A stretch of 63,804 bases of DNA, counting the filler, from Octopus bimaculoides (Eukaryota), in assembly GCF_001194135.2 (NCBI RefSeq). It is 6 parts of 6 records of this genome, joined end to end, with 100 filler letters (N's around TTAATTAATTAA, not from the genome) between each part and the next. Parts side by side here need not be neighbours in the genome. Positions count along the whole stretch, not along the records: positions 55,690 to 63,804 come from NC_068983.1; 5 more parts are not named here. One strand, given 5' to 3'. Of this stretch, positions 63,626-63,804 are shown piece after piece (positions within the stretch are counted from its first letter, which is position 1; each line of letters starts with the position of its first letter). The notes beneath the pieces are model-generated. The model saw only the letters and a program-made list of their open reading frames with translations. It searched no databases and was not told the origin of the DNA. The position numbers and the translations under genes are program-made.

Positions 63626-63804
63626 AAGACACACCTGCACTGAAGGATGCACAACAACAACCAGTTGCCTAGAATCTCATCCATGAGGGACTAATGCAAC
63701 TTGGAGCAAAACAACAGTTGTGATAAATAAAAAAATCTCATGAATTCCAGAATTCCATTTTCTCTTCCTTTCATTTGTTATATATATAAATATATATATA
63801 TATA

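Larger units (their letters stand above)
63186..63804 (+). repeat. Imperfect direct duplication (63186-~63280 and 63627-63804) flanking the HHR element
   Basis: agacacacctgcactgaaggatgcacaacaacaac...aatctcat...gaattccattttctcttcctttca.ttgttatatata on both sides; the right copy has ~70 extra bases. Confidence 0.9.

Overview
AT-rich, microsatellite-saturated animal DNA. Its repeat content (tRNA-derived SINE families, R4/Dong, RTE, CR1/L2-group, L1/Tx1 and Penelope-like retroelements, Tc1/mariner relics) is typical of an octopus genome; the species is inferred, not shown. No complete protein-coding gene is visible; there is one credible orphan 78-nt exon (32068-32145, +). Most ORF-track entries are microsatellite or N-gap translations. 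Five identical 100-bp cassettes (N44-TTAATTAATTAA-N44) mark artificial joins, so the window is a concatenation of six segments. The most interesting signal is a set of five type I minimal hammerhead-ribozyme (HHR) motifs with palindromic stem III (at 3.7, 20.6, 25.1, 51.0 and 63.4 kb). At 63.3-63.6 kb the HHR sits downstream of a tRNA-like Pol III head inside a long flanking duplication, i.e. a candidate ribozyme-carrying SINE. Also notable: a SINE and a LINE sharing a 3' stem-loop with a compensatory base pair, TAA-microsatellite-targeting R4/Dong elements in tandem, and strong CpG decay confined to the last segment.
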